Both the position numbers and the translations under genes were made by a program. From NCBI GenBank assembly GCA_040954595.2, contig CM082583.2, positions 3,543,060-3,607,059 on the forward strand: DNA of 64,000 nt, read 5' to 3'. Shown here one piece after another: positions 36,836 through 50,509 of this stretch (position 1 is its first letter; the number at the start of each line of letters is the position of its first letter). This DNA is from Balanoglossus misakiensis. Taxonomy: Eukaryota; Animalia; Hemichordata. The notes under the pieces were generated by a model, which had not been told where the DNA came from, did no database searches, and worked only from the letters and a program-made list of their open reading frames with translations.

Positions 36836-39800
36836 ATGTGGAATACAGTAGTTTTGACGCTGATGATGATCAGCAGGGTGTCGACACAAAGTGATAATGC
36901 TACCGTTGTTGAACAACCAAAGCATAATTCTTCCACAACTACCTTACTCCTAGACTCATTGCTCGAGGGATATGACAGAAGAATACGGCCCAATTTTGAC
37001 GGTAGGCACTAGATATGAATTATTAACTAAATTGCAGGCATGAAAAGGTACAAAATTAACCAGTTTTATACGAATTTCATTAACCTCTCAAGATATACTT
37101 TTGCCAGCATTTATGCAGTCATTGACTCAAAACTGAGTAGAAGCTTCAATTAATATTCAATTTATATTTGTAAATGTGGCCGACTATCGTCAGGTATGAA
37201 CCAGATGCTCTCGTATTAGGCAATATTATATATACTCACTCAGCCAGTTTGTTCTCCTGATGATTGAGTCCAGTGACTCACGAAACAACGTGGTAGAGAT
37301 TATACCGCCTACCGTTTCTCCAGCTTCCCTTACTTTATATTTCGCTCTACTTTTAGTATCGAGCACTTTGTTTCGGACCAGTCGAACCACATACTTCGTA
37401 TTGTTTGTCTGCAAATTTATAGGGTGTCGGCTGATACCCTTTAAAGGGACAAAATCTCTCTCTCCCAGGCCTGTTTCCCTTAATTATGTTTGATACAAGA
37501 CACTGTTTATGTTGTTCTATATGTGGATATATAGTGAATCAATGTTTGACCACACACAACATCCGTCGCACTTCTAGACACAAGAGCGAAAAATTCGCCA
37601 TAATGAATAATCGGTTTTTACCATTTATTCATTTTGGTGAGATTTTTACTCTCATATCCTGTAAACGGGATGGAAGTTGTGTGTGGTTGAACGTTGATTC
37701 ACTATATATCCACATGTAGAATAACATGAACGGTGTGTTGTATCAAACATAATTAATGGAAAAAGGCCTGTGAGAGAGAGACTATGTCCCTTTAATTGTT
37801 CTTGGGAGAATTTCCAAGTGGCCGTTTATAGTCCCAATTTCTCAAAAAGGTCATTTCTCATTGCTTATTTCTTTCATAATAAAGAATTAATGAGTACTTG
37901 TCTTAGGTACATTGTACGTATTACGATCTGTATTCAAATGAAAATACGTTATTGTGATCATACCGACCGGATAACACGAATTCTATTTTTCAATCTAGGT
38001 CCACCAGTTAATATTACCATTGATATGTTGATTAGCCGAATGGACAATGTCAATGAAATAAACCTGGTATGTATGATTCGTTTTTATAAATCAAAGTAAA
38101 TGAGATTACTAATTATAACAACTAACGATTTGTTATATAAACAATGATTTTAAAGGGTTGTTTATATAAATTGATGGCTATGATATGGTACCTGTGTTTA
38201 TGTGTCTGTCTGTCTGTCTATCTGTCTATTAGCACGATGGCTGTTAATTGCCAATCAATCACTATCTTTATGGGAGTGTCTTTACCCAAGTTATATTTTG
38301 GTACCACAACTCACTCGGCGGCTTTTGCACACACGATGTCCAAGTCCACCATTTGTAATGACCCACATCTCAACTTTGAATTTGAATTTAGTGGTTAAAC
38401 AAATTACGTTTCAATTGATGCATTGTGGTGATTTTAGAATAAAATTTCTCCCGTTAGCCGTTGACTGATTTAAAGGTATACGGTCACCTATGCAAATAAA
38501 GCTACAGTTACCATGACACATTGACATCTAGCCAATCACAGATTTTCAGTGGGTGGCACACGCGATAAAAAGAGCGCCACCATGTGTTCTTTAGAAGACT
38601 CAAATACGCCATTTCTGACATATGTGGGCGTAGTTAAATTGGTGGTGACCGTATACCTTTAAAACGCGCGTTTGTTGCATGGTGTCATTCAGAACGAGGC
38701 CTTACTAAATATGCAAATTACTTAACTTCGTTAGAACTGCGTAACGCGGTCGCCCACAACTCACTGCATCAGCACATAGACCCTAGAGAAAGATCTAGGG
38801 TCTATGATCAACACAAAAATGTAAACGAGCCCGTAAAACTGCAGGTCAGATAAATAATTTTCTCGGAAGTTCAACGTTGGAATGAAATCAAACAGTCCTT
38901 GTTTTTTTGCGTTGGAAACGCACTGTCGGGTCTCAAGTTTATGGTCATGGTAGCATGTGCGCGCGTATATTCACGTGTACGATGTGAATTACACGAAATC
39001 CAAAGAATTGTGGTCAACCTTTCATAATTTCCAGTATTTGACTGACTGCATTGATTAAAAACAATGCGTCTAACTTAACACTAACCTTCTCGTTTCACGA
39101 TATCTGTAGTTTCGATAGCGACCAAACCCTAACATACATGTATGTGCAATATTTTAGGCCAACTGGCGTAAAAGTCTGTCGTTTTATCCAAAACACTGAG
39201 TAGGCAACGCAAACGCCAAGTTGAAATCGCATGATTCCAGAGCACTCGTTTCTCCTTCGAAAATCTCTCTTTTTGATCTCAAAAATCCATTAAATACGTA
39301 CTCCACATAAAAAATAATTCATACGATGACCACACATGGCTTGACGAATACCGCGAGGCAAGTTTTTGTGTGTATATAGGGCTGACTGAACGCGCTATTT
39401 GAACCAGCCGCGCGCCACGGACGATAATATTGAACCCCAGCCCAGTGGCAAGCAGCGTAAAATCACGGCCGAGTGAAGCCCGACTTGAAACATCAGTATG
39501 AGTCGATAATTTTAGAATTCCATGGATATACGCATGAAGTTCCTAACCTCGCCGTGATATAATTTGGGACAACACATGTTTTAGAACAAACCATGTACCG
39601 CAGAATCTGAGTACATGGATGCCTACATTATTATCATTCGGAGATTTTATTGTTTTTTAGAGGAGTTGATAGGGCAGACATGGCATTTCGCGGTTCCGTT
39701 TTCACTGATGAATTCGATATTTTGACTAATATATGGACAGTCAATAGGATTGAAACTATTTTGGGATGATTGTATGCGAATCAAACGTGTACAAACGAGG

Positions 39801-42800
39801 AATACATGTCACATTGGAGGAGTGTGAAATTGTTTTCTTGTTTAAACAAAACAAAATGGCAGATACATGAGTGGGTGCTTTGCATTTTGTACAATGCTAT
39901 TAAGAGTTTTTAACTTATTATACCGATGTGCAATTATCCGAAAATACTTTACAAATTATGTTGAGGACGGCGTGCCACAGCACGCAGTGTCTAAACTCTC
40001 ATGCTACTATTTTGTTTGGTTTGGATTTTTTGTCATTTTGGAAACTAGCCGGTCAAGGGTATGAAGCAGTATGAGTTGGGACATATTTGGTGTCATTCAT
40101 GTTTGAATATTTCACGTGCAATTGCAAGCTCTTTACTAGTCTCGGTTACCCAGGCCTCTCTGCTTCGTCCGTTAGACACTCTTTCGGAAGTTCTGTGGTA
40201 TTTCTGTTATTTCCTCAATACTGCTACGCTACGTGACGCCAAGTCCTTGATAGTCAAGTGAGCAATGAGGGCCGATTCAATTACTGACTACAGTAGATGG
40301 TCATGTATGCCGATATTGTAAATGTGACTTTATATTTTCTCTTTTCAGGATTACGGTCTTACAGTTATTGTACGCCAACAGTGGTATGACACTCGGCTAT
40401 CGCATGAAGGCACAACACAGCATATCCCACCAACGAGTGATATTAAGGATCTAATATGGTTGCCTGATTTGTATTTTACAAATGAGAAGGACGCTCATCT
40501 TCACGAACAGACACAGGATAATATCATGTTGAGAGTGTTTCCACAAGGAAGAATTTTATATAGTACAAGGTAATCTTTCGTAACCATATAGTCGTAGAAT
40601 TGAGAGAATATACTCTGGCATTCATCGTAATGGATCGATGTCACATTAAGGTTCTAAAATTGAAAGGCCTATAGACAGAATTGACAGGAGAGGGAAGCTG
40701 TTGATTTTCAACATATTTGCCCACAAACTAGTGACGCTCCCCTAATGCCGTCCATGTTAAATAGTGTTGTTGTTGTATAATAAATATAAACTAGTGATTT
40801 TTTATGAAAATAGGCGCTCACTACATCTGTTTACATAGAGACGCATAACAAAACTAGCAAAGAATCGAAATGTTTGGAGAATGTAACTATCGCTTTTCTG
40901 AAAATCTGTCCCCGAGGTGCATGCTATCTTTAACGATACAAGTCGGTGTAAGGAGTAGATTGGCCGAAGGTATTAACAGCAAACCTTTGTTGTTGTTTTT
41001 CTCACCACCACCACCACCACCACCACCACCACCACCACCACCACCACCACCAGTATTCATGCTTTTGTGTGTGGCATCTGTAGCAATATTTCTATTCCCA
41101 TTGTCACAATATGAATTGAGTCGTAAAATAACTATTCAGTTTGCAACATGTGAATAATCATGCGAAACTCTCAGAAAAGAAACTGAATACAATTAATGTT
41201 CTCTTTTCCGTCCCAAGTTGTTGCTGAATTATTTTGCTTCACTCACCTGGTAACTTTCCAGTTTAGATTTTCACATTGAAGTAAGGCAGGGGTAACAATC
41301 TAAGTAAACAAAATCGTGTCAGTTTGCAGCGTTTTAATACAATGTATGATACTTCCTTTCTTGACTTTTTATTTTGGGTAATTTCAAAATATCACAATTT
41401 TGATTTTGCAGTACTTTTTTGATAAAGGTAGAATGCGCCTCGAAATCAAGGTCTTAAACTTGTCACCATATTTTGCTCAAGGCAACTGCAGCATGATTCT
41501 CTCTTACCGAGGATAAAATTTGAAGGTCGCCGTGTAAACTTTTGAACGGAGGAGCGAAATTATCTCAAATTTGAAATGCAAAATGGCCGCCATCTCTGAT
41601 ATCTCCACGGAGAAAATATAAACTAGTGATTTTTTATGAAAATAGGCGCTCACTACATCTGTTCGTCTTTGTTTACATAGAGACGCATAACAAAACTAGC
41701 AAAGAATCGAAATGTTTGGAGAATGTAACTATCGCTTTTCTGAAAATCTGTCCCCGAGGTGCATGCTATCTTTAACGATACAAGTCGGTGTAAGGAGTAG
41801 ATTGGCCGAAGGTATTAACAGCAAACCTTTGTTGTTGTTTTTCTCACCACCACCACCACCACCACCACCAGTATTCATGCTTTTGTGTGTGGCATCTGTA
41901 GCAATATTTCTATTCCCATTGTCACAATATGAATTGAGTCGTAAAATAACTATTCAGTTTGCAACATGTGAATAATCATGCGAAACTCTCAGAAAAGAAA
42001 CCGAATACAATTAATGTTCTCTTTTCCGTAGATTATCGCTAACAGTGGCGTGTCACATGCAACTGAGTCGGTTTCCAATGGACGAACAGCATTGCAAATT
42101 AAAAATGGAAAGCTGTAAGTATTTCAATAACATTTCATCTGGTGGATTATTGCACCCGATTGAGTGGATTTCGTGGAATATATACATTAAACACGCACGC
42201 GCGCACACACACACATAGTATATATATATGAAGTAAGAAGCAACTTCATACAGGTAGTTGCTTATTAACTGCTTTTGGCTAGCTTTTGACAAACACAAAA
42301 TTGTGGAAACGTACCTTAAAATCCATACACGCACACACTCGTGGATTATCAGGCGTAACTACGTAGGGATGGGTCATTTTAAGCCTTGCAACTTTTCATT
42401 TCAACGAGTGACATCCGTCTTATGAGAGGAGATAGTCTCGTTTATGATGAAGTACTTTTGAATCTAAGGGAAGTACCTCGATATAGAGACTGTCGATCTT
42501 AAAGTCAGAATAGCTGTAACGTCCCCCACCTCTCTTTCAGAATGTTTGTTTAGTGTTTCAACAAATGTTTTGATCTACGGTACTTCCTCCATCATGCTAA
42601 ATGTCATGCAACATTCATCATATACGTTATTGTTATTGAATTAATAATCAAAATTGAAATTACAGAATACCAAGTATGTGTCGATCATAGTATTTGTCAA
42701 ATGTATTGCTGTCAAGAAGGTCACGAGAGTCGATCTGTACACAGGTTTAAATTCCAGTGAATGTTTCGTTTTCTACTTTAGCCGGTCTAAAGTAGTGAGA

Positions 42801-45800
42801 TGTGAGAGTGAACCTGTCATTTATTACTTCGATTTTGTAGACATTGATCTGACTAATAACACGTTGGCAACTCTTTGGAAATGTAATGAATGGCAACAAA
42901 GATGATAATACGCATATTTATCTAAAAAACGAGGAGATTTACTACACAAGTCTTCATTTAGTAACAGGGGAAGCTCGAACGAGTATCCCGGGAACATTTA
43001 ATCATTTACGATCGAAGAAAGACGACAATTTCAAGTCTCGTGGGTGAGGTGAAACCCACTGTGTTGGAAGATCCGTTCAGTTCTCAAGAGACAAAACAAG
43101 TGCGTGCTAAACCATAACACGACTTTATTACCTGCCATGTAGTGCAGTTGTTGAAAAGAGAAATAATAGCCCATAATCTGAACACCTTTAAGCCTTTTGG
43201 GCATGGATTAATGTACAAATGAGCGGAAATTAGGCTGGCCAATGTCGTCGTTAAAGATTTGTGAGCGATTGCAAGAGGCACGAATATGGGGGCTGCGTTG
43301 CGAAGCAATTGTGATTAAGATCTCAATTGTTAGATTCCCCTCACCCCGCCCCATTAGAACTTTCTCTTTTGTTGTAAGACCAAAAACGTTATACTATATG
43401 TATCTACCTCTCGTCCGTTTACTATTAGACATCCAACGAAAACATATATACACTTACCGTTTTCCGGGGATGCTGTGTTTTAGATAATCGCCGCAGTTTG
43501 AGCTCATTACGTCAATTCCGCATTTTAGATCATATGAGAAACTTGTACCAGGTTCACAAAGGGTAAAATTTGAGACACTATTTGCCTATGGTAAACACAG
43601 AGCATTAATCCTTTGAGTCGCTTGTGTCCACACAAGCAAAGTTTATGTATAGGCGCTGAGGCTCAGGGATCAGCCCCATACATAATGGGTTGCGGAGAGG
43701 TGTTAATCCTTACACCAGTTCAGGTCTGGCCGGGTCTCAAATCTGAGTTTCAGGACCACTGTTCACACGTATTAATTTAATCCTTAATGGTCCCTGTGTG
43801 ACCCCCATATTGGTCGGAAGAAAATCCAACGTTCAGTACTGATTGGTTAGGAGAGCAATGACATTTGGGGTCAAATTTCTGAGCGACTTATCGGTTTGAA
43901 ATGGGCAACTTTACTATAGATTGAACTGAAAATTGTTTTAGACCTTATGAAACCTGATTGTAAACCTTACGACTATTGAACAGTTAAAAACCTGCTCGGT
44001 TTACACGAGTTGTTGTAAACCGTACGAGAATTGCCCTAAACCTTATTGAATTTGTAAGCCTTGAGCAGAAAATTAACATGTGCAAGGAAGAGAATGTAAT
44101 GTGTTATGCGGACATTTCTAAGAACGTTAAATGTTTACTGCTACGTGCATCCCATTTCAAACATATCAACTGACATCTACTACACCTGTTTCATCAAATA
44201 TGATGCAATGATTCTGGAAATCCGCCCAACTTGCGGAAAACAGCAGGAAATAACATAGCTGTAATTGAAAAAAATTATCACTAAATAATGCATATGAGCA
44301 ATTGACATGCAAATGCTACGTGTGCATGTCCGTATGACATTGTAAGCAGACTGATTCGTGAAGTCTGATGCAGTCAACATGTCACTTAGACTTGCTCCAA
44401 GTCTATGGGCTTCATTATGTTAGGGAACGCGACGCTACCCGAAACCACAAGCTCAGTCCCAAATTCGATACTCACCTCATTACCAAACACACGCTCAAGG
44501 CAAGCATGCACGCATAAAGAATTGCAATTATTTATTAAGACAAAAAAACACCGAAAACACACAAAGTAATGAGATTTAAAAATCGCCAAGCGACTACATG
44601 TCACTATGCATTCAAACCTGTCTAAAGTAGCCAGTCTTGGGTCTTGCCTAAACTGGCCTTTATAGACAGGCCTTATGTCAATTAATATACATGTACATTG
44701 CACGGGACTGTGAAAAAGTGGCCGCTATATAGAGGTGACCACTATACAGAGGTGGTCACTAACACAGGTTTTTCTCTCTATATATACATATTGTTTTATA
44801 ATCATGCAAATGAATATTAATGATTCAAGCCAAGGTCTAACCAAAACTCGCCAGTTGTATATCCAATCTAAAAACAGAATTTGTGCACCAAATTAGTTTT
44901 AAATCTGATCAGCTCATCTTGATGTAATGTAGACGACTGGCCAGCCAGACAATCAGCCAGCCTGAGTCAGACAGAGAGACGGCGGACGGTCTGGACCGGT
45001 GTGCTGTCCGATATGCAGACAGACATGTACCAAAACAATTATTAACCGCGTACATGTTCACACACACGGGAGCCATTGAAACACAGATGATTTTCCAGGA
45101 AATCCTGTGGGCTGTAAGCCTAACTATTAAGTGGGATTCTGTTACATTTCCGTATCTAGAATCAACATCTAGAGGCAGGAAACATATCTCGATAAAATTG
45201 ACAATCCTTCCATTAGGCAAATGTTCTTTCATATTCCAATTGGGTAACTGGGAAACACACGTAGGAATGGTAATAAAATGCATGATAAAAACGGATTAGA
45301 TTGTAATCATTTGAATTATTGAAAATGTTCAACCACCACAAGCACATTATTAGTCTCTTGGGTAATGACCATGCTCTTTGTTTTAATGCAGTACAACTGT
45401 TTATGGCGTTTTAAAACATTACGTTGGCAAATACTTTTTATGTAATCTTTAACAACCTAACTACGAAGTGTTGTGTCACAACAACTGAATTTAAGCTCAT
45501 GAGAGGATACATATGCGGTTTTATCTTTATTGTGCATATAACTGTCGGCAATAAATGATAATGAACCATGAAAAATACAATTATACATTACCCACATGAT
45601 TGATGATATGCGATTTATTATACTGTGATATTAGTATTCTTAACTTAACCAAAACTACTGGCATAATGGCGCGCTGTCTTGTGTATATAATATCAATACA
45701 AACCTCAACTTTTCTTTGCGAAGTACTGTGAACCGTACCTCTTTCCAGAAATGCCAGGGGCAGTATTGACATTTTTAGGTTCACTTCTGGAATCCTATCG

Positions 45801-47286
45801 ATTTTCAGGGGTAATTTTTTTGAAATGTTTTATTATGTAATGATGAAGCCCATAGACTGGGCAAGTATAAGGCCAGGGCTTATTAAAAGTGTTGTGTCGC
45901 TCTCAGTGCGGCGTGCAGCTCAGGCAGGTTTTTGTTTGCTATGGTTAGCTCGTCTTTGTAAGCTGAGGCCATTCTAGCCCTGTGTACAGGTCTGTGTGTT
46001 CCTGGCCTTACACAGCCTGCGCGTGCACCATGAAACGCCGGGAACACACAGACCTGAACTCAGGGCTAAGGCCATTCCACATTCTTCGACCCTGCCCTCG
46101 ATCACCTGGATCGTTACTGCATTGCAATGTCTTCTATGTTTGAGAATAGAAACATTTCAGAAACCATAAACATTACTAAATTTGCAAAACCCAAAATAAA
46201 TGAGCAGGTGTTGTGTGTATTCGCCTGTTTGTATTGTTGTGTTTATATTTGGGAATTCCTATTTTTGTACACACATAGTGGTGAACATAAATCGCACGTA
46301 TTACTGAAACAAAAGTAATACAATACACACTCGGGCTGGTAGCGGAATGCAAAATCACTCAACCCTCAATTCGCCCCAAATCCAATCAGCAACCGGTGCT
46401 ATTGAACTCACTTGACCATAAACAATACAGTCAAACGAAACCTGTGTTAGTGGCCACCTCTATATAGTGGCCACTTTATTGCAGTCCCTGCGCATTTTAC
46501 GTGCACATTAATTGACATGTCTATAAAACCCAGTTTAGGAAAGTATCTTGACTGGCCACTATAGATAGGTTTGACTCAAGCAGCTGCTGATTTCACATTA
46601 ATCGGACTCAGAAAAATGTGGAACAGGAAGACGACGCGCAGACTAAAGCTCAACACTCACGGAGATCGAAACCGAAAACAACAGAAGAATTATAGTACTT
46701 ACCGGTAAATACAAGAGAAGTTCGCTTGTGAGAGAAATCGGATTGCAGGAGAACTTACCCGTTGGCGAACTCTGTCGGCTAGTAGGAGTTGAGACTATAA
46801 CAACTCGAAAGGCTGTTTACTGAGCACCTAATTTTTAGCGATCTTGATTGTTGTCTCTTAAATACTCACTACGTTATCTGAACTTCCAAAGCAGAATCTG
46901 CCCCTTCACCTAGTATGCCTTAAAAGGCGAAACTTCAAATGTAATAGAGGCTATCACTGCTAAACTTAATGCTCTGTTGTACCCACTAATATGGATATTT
47001 TTACACCAGCATCTTACAATGACACACATTTGTTTTCCAGACAGCTACACAACTGATCAAATAATCTACAATTGGCAAGAGCATGAGCCAGTGCAAAGAG
47101 AAGATGATGTGGAGTTGCAACAATTCGAAATTGATCAAATCGAAACAATTAATGTCGGTCACATCTATCCTACAGGTCTGTCTGCATGTGTGTCTGTCTG
47201 CGTGTCTGTCTGCGTGTATGTATGTATGTATGTATGTATGTATGTATGTATGTATGTATGTATGTATGTATGTATGTATGTATGTA

Positions 47287-47343
<57 letters not shown>

Positions 47344-49245
47344 ATGTATGTATGTATGTATGTATGTATGCATGCATGTATGTATGTACGTACTTACGTA
47401 CGTATGTATGCATGTATGTATGTATGTATGCATGCATGTACGTATGCATGTATGTATGTATGTATGTATGTATGTATGTATGTATGTATGTATATGTATG
47501 TATGTGTGTATGTATGTGTGTTTCTATGCAGCAGTTTATATAGTAGTACCTTTACGAGTCTATAAAATTACAATTATCTGTAAAATTACTGGCATAAGTA
47601 TAAATAAAAAGGCCAATTAGAGTACCATAACCTTATGCAATTTTACATATTGATGTTGGAAAAGCTTATAAAAAGCATCCTGTCTTTTTTCTGAAATCCA
47701 CATCACATTATAATTAATTAACTGATAAATACACTGTATCGATAAAGCTGTTTTGAATAACTTGGTACATACGAACATATGAATACAAGTAGATAAAGAA
47801 AATTGCGAATAACTTTATCTCCCTGCGAGCATTTGTTGTTTTATTGATTTAAACAGACTGTTTGTACTTTATTATTTTCTTTTGATGGTCACCATTGTCA
47901 TTGCAGGCAACTTTTCATCGTTGGAGCTCCATTTTACACTCAGGCGAAAAATAGGATATTATGTTATCAGTACATTTTTGCCCAGTACTCTACTTGTGGT
48001 CTTATCTTGGGTGTCATTCTGGATAAGTCCTGAGGCAGCGCCAGCTAGAGTCGCTCTGTGCATAACGACAGTTTTGACTGTAACAACTACATCCATAGCT
48101 GTGAGAGACGAATTGCCGAAGGTTTCTTATATTACGGTAACAAAAATGCTTGGTGAATTTTCATTAGTAAACATTTTATGGTACTAAGTAGACAATACAT
48201 TGCAGGGTAATACATTCAAGTGGTTTTGTCATCGGATATAATAATAATAACAATCTTTATATATTCCTGTTTATTAGGTCCCATTTGGTATATGTAAATA
48301 TACCAATGTGACCTAATCAGTGGCGTCGATGACCGTATACCTTTTAAGACATATATTTTTACAATGCATCTGTGTAATTTTATACCGATTGACGTTACTT
48401 CATTGAATTTGTTCAGAAAGTATTTGGCTGTCTAATCATCTCCTACTTTGTTTCTATTAAACTTAAATCCCAGCCGAGTGAACATTTCAAAATTAAATTG
48501 TCAGCTGTAGACAGTAATATTAACAAGCTATTGCCTGCTGATCGCTTTCCTATGGCAAACGCCATTCAATCATTGATAACATATATGTGTCTTTATTCAC
48601 AGGCCGTTGATGTTTGGATGTCATCATGTCTCTTTTTTGTTTTTGCCTCTATGATTGAGTTTGCCATTGTCAGCTATATATCAACATTGGCTAAAACTAA
48701 AAAGGTTCAGGTAAGGGGTGACGCATTCTCTCGGTGTATTCTTTATAACAGCAGCATGCGTACCGGGTACATATGAAAGAACATCTAAGTTTTCGTCTAC
48801 ACCCAGTAACATCATTGCTAGAACCAATTGCAGGTGATGGTTGTTATAATTAATATATGTAATTAAAACGATTGGCTAGTTTACACAACAAAAGATTACA
48901 GCACTGACTTGTCTATGATGTGGCATTTGGTAAAAAAAAAAGCCAGTGTAAGTGCAGCGTCCCATAATAATCATACAAGTTTCATTTTTTTTTTTTCAGA
49001 AGAAAAGGAAACCTGTAAACGAGGGTCAAAGTGATGAAAATGACTGCACGATGCTGAATCCACTGAAAGGACAGGGTCCGATGATCTGCGAACGGTGTTC
49101 CCCCAAAGGACAGAAGAAATTGCAACAACGTGCTTTATTAATTGATAAAATAAGTCGTCTGATCTTCCCTGTTGCCTTTCTATTGTTCAACGCATTCTTT
49201 TGGTCAATTTGTACCGGGGAGGTCGCACACGGATGGCTTACGTAA
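36836..49245 (+). CDS. Cys-loop ligand-gated chloride channel subunit (glycine/GABA-A receptor-like), 8 exons: 36836-37001, 37999-38066, 40349-40569, 42032-42114, 47041-47175, 47907-48136, 48603-48710, 49000-49245
   Basis: Signal-peptide-like start; GYDRRIRP, RQQWYDTRL, IWLPDLYFTNEK; Cys-loop CHMQLSRFPMDEQHC; M1 LSWVSFWI, M2 PARVAL..TTVLT, LPKVSY, M3 DVWMSSCLFFVFASMIEFA, M4 IDKISRLIFP; consistent splice phases. In-frame upstream ATGs at 36737 and 36782 make the start uncertain. Confidence 0.95.
37445..37791. mobile_element. Complete AGGGACA-family MITE (TTAA flanks, Kolobok-like)
   Basis: ttaa-agggacaaaatctctctc...gagagactatgtccct-ttaa with long internal inverted symmetry. Confidence 0.85.
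38474..38658. mobile_element. AGGTATAC-family MITE (TTAA flanks)
   Basis: ttaa-aggtatacggtcacc...ggtgaccgtatacct-ttaa; homologous to 24006-24185. Confidence 0.85.
40782..42029 (+). repeat. Local direct duplication (~420 bp): 40782-41211 and 41614-42029
   Basis: Near-identical blocks differing mainly in (CCA)n length and a 10-bp indel; twin ORFs at 40870 and 41712. Confidence 0.93.
45975..46068. mobile_element. 94-bp hairpin element with TAG...CTA termini and a 9-bp target duplication (AcademH- or Mutator-like)
   Basis: aggccattc at 45966-45974 and 46069-46077 flank TIRs tagccctgtgtacaggtctgtgtgttcctggc / gccgggaacacacagacctgaactcagggcta. Confidence 0.8.
47176..47521. repeat. (TATG)n/(TG)n compound microsatellite
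   Basis: Directly visible; starts at the exon-5 donor of the channel gene. Confidence 0.97.
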
Positions 49246-50509
49246 GAAAACAATCACGTCCAAATACACCATTCTCACGCATCTTAGATAAACCGACACG
49301 TTATGAAATGTTTTGTTCATACTACTAAACTCTTCCCATATAATAGTTAAATGTTTCTTTCGGATAAAGAATATAAGAAGCATGACTTTGTGTAACAGTT
49401 AATTTTGGTGTGTTGATAGGTATCAATCACTACAGTATATAAGTATATAAAAGTTGTGTATAGATTTATCATCAGTAAATGTCATATTTTAATGAAACTC
49501 TGCAATGCGCATTGTGGGGCTCAAATGTCCAGGCGTATGTACGACACCCTAGTCAAATCAGAGACTTGGTCAGATTACAGGTGATATGCACGTACAAGTT
49601 GTGCATGCAGTCTTCATTGTCAGCAAAATTATACGAGCTTGTTACAAAGGTGCAAAATTTTGAATGCTTCCGACTGAAGCTTGGACCCTCTCGATCATGT
49701 TGATCTGTTTATTTCAATGTAGAAACTGCAGACTGCGGACTGTACATACTTTATGATCTCTGTCGGTGATTGTGCATTCAATTGTGCGATTGGAAACTGA
49801 ACTGATATTACATAGTCAAATAATATGTGTTAAACAATGAACATTAGATCATAGTAATTTGTATTTCGTATTATTGTCATACAGGAATTATATTTTGTTT
49901 CTATTTGACCTTTAAAGATTCCAGTGTTCGTAACCTAGACCAAGAGATGCTTGCCTTTGCAGGCACAAAGGGTCTTGTGTCTGTGAACAAACAGCTCTCA
50001 CTGGAGCATGACTGAAAAGTATTGCCTTTTCAATTTACAAGAAGATCATTAATGCTGAATATTCAATGACATTCAGTAACATTCAATCAGTATTACACCA
50101 ATACGAATAGTAGGACTTGGCAGAGCTTGAGCCTGCAGTCACATTCTTTGCTGGCCCTGCTGAACCACATTAAGACCAAGATCTGCTTCTATTTGTTATA
50201 CTCAGAACTGGGAAAGTCTGTCGACGTCAGAGATGAGCCCCAGTTCAGATCAAATTTTGTTCTGTTTACCCTAATCAACCAAGAGCCTGATCAACTACTG
50301 CTACAGATGCTGAACTATGATATAAAATGTGAATAGTCACTAGAAATGAAAAGCAACAGTGGTCTTTCATTGTTCCACATAAGTCCAGAAAAGGGTCTCC
50401 ACCCTTTTTGAGAGCTGTGCACACGTAGGCTAAGTGTCACTGATCAATAAACCTATATCATGCATTTATTTATTTGTTCATTTCAAGGAAGACAAGAACA
50501 AGTCCCATT

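Noticed and set aside
40870-41975. Twin poly-proline ORFs
   Set aside because: Result of an intronic duplication containing (CCA)n; no coding evidence.
46693-46706. U1-snRNA-like start (tacttacc)
   Set aside because: The following sequence does not match U1 stem-loops or an Sm site.
46977-47620. Long CMYV/HTYI-repeat ORFs
   Set aside because: Translations of a (TATG)n microsatellite; only 47041-47175 is exon.
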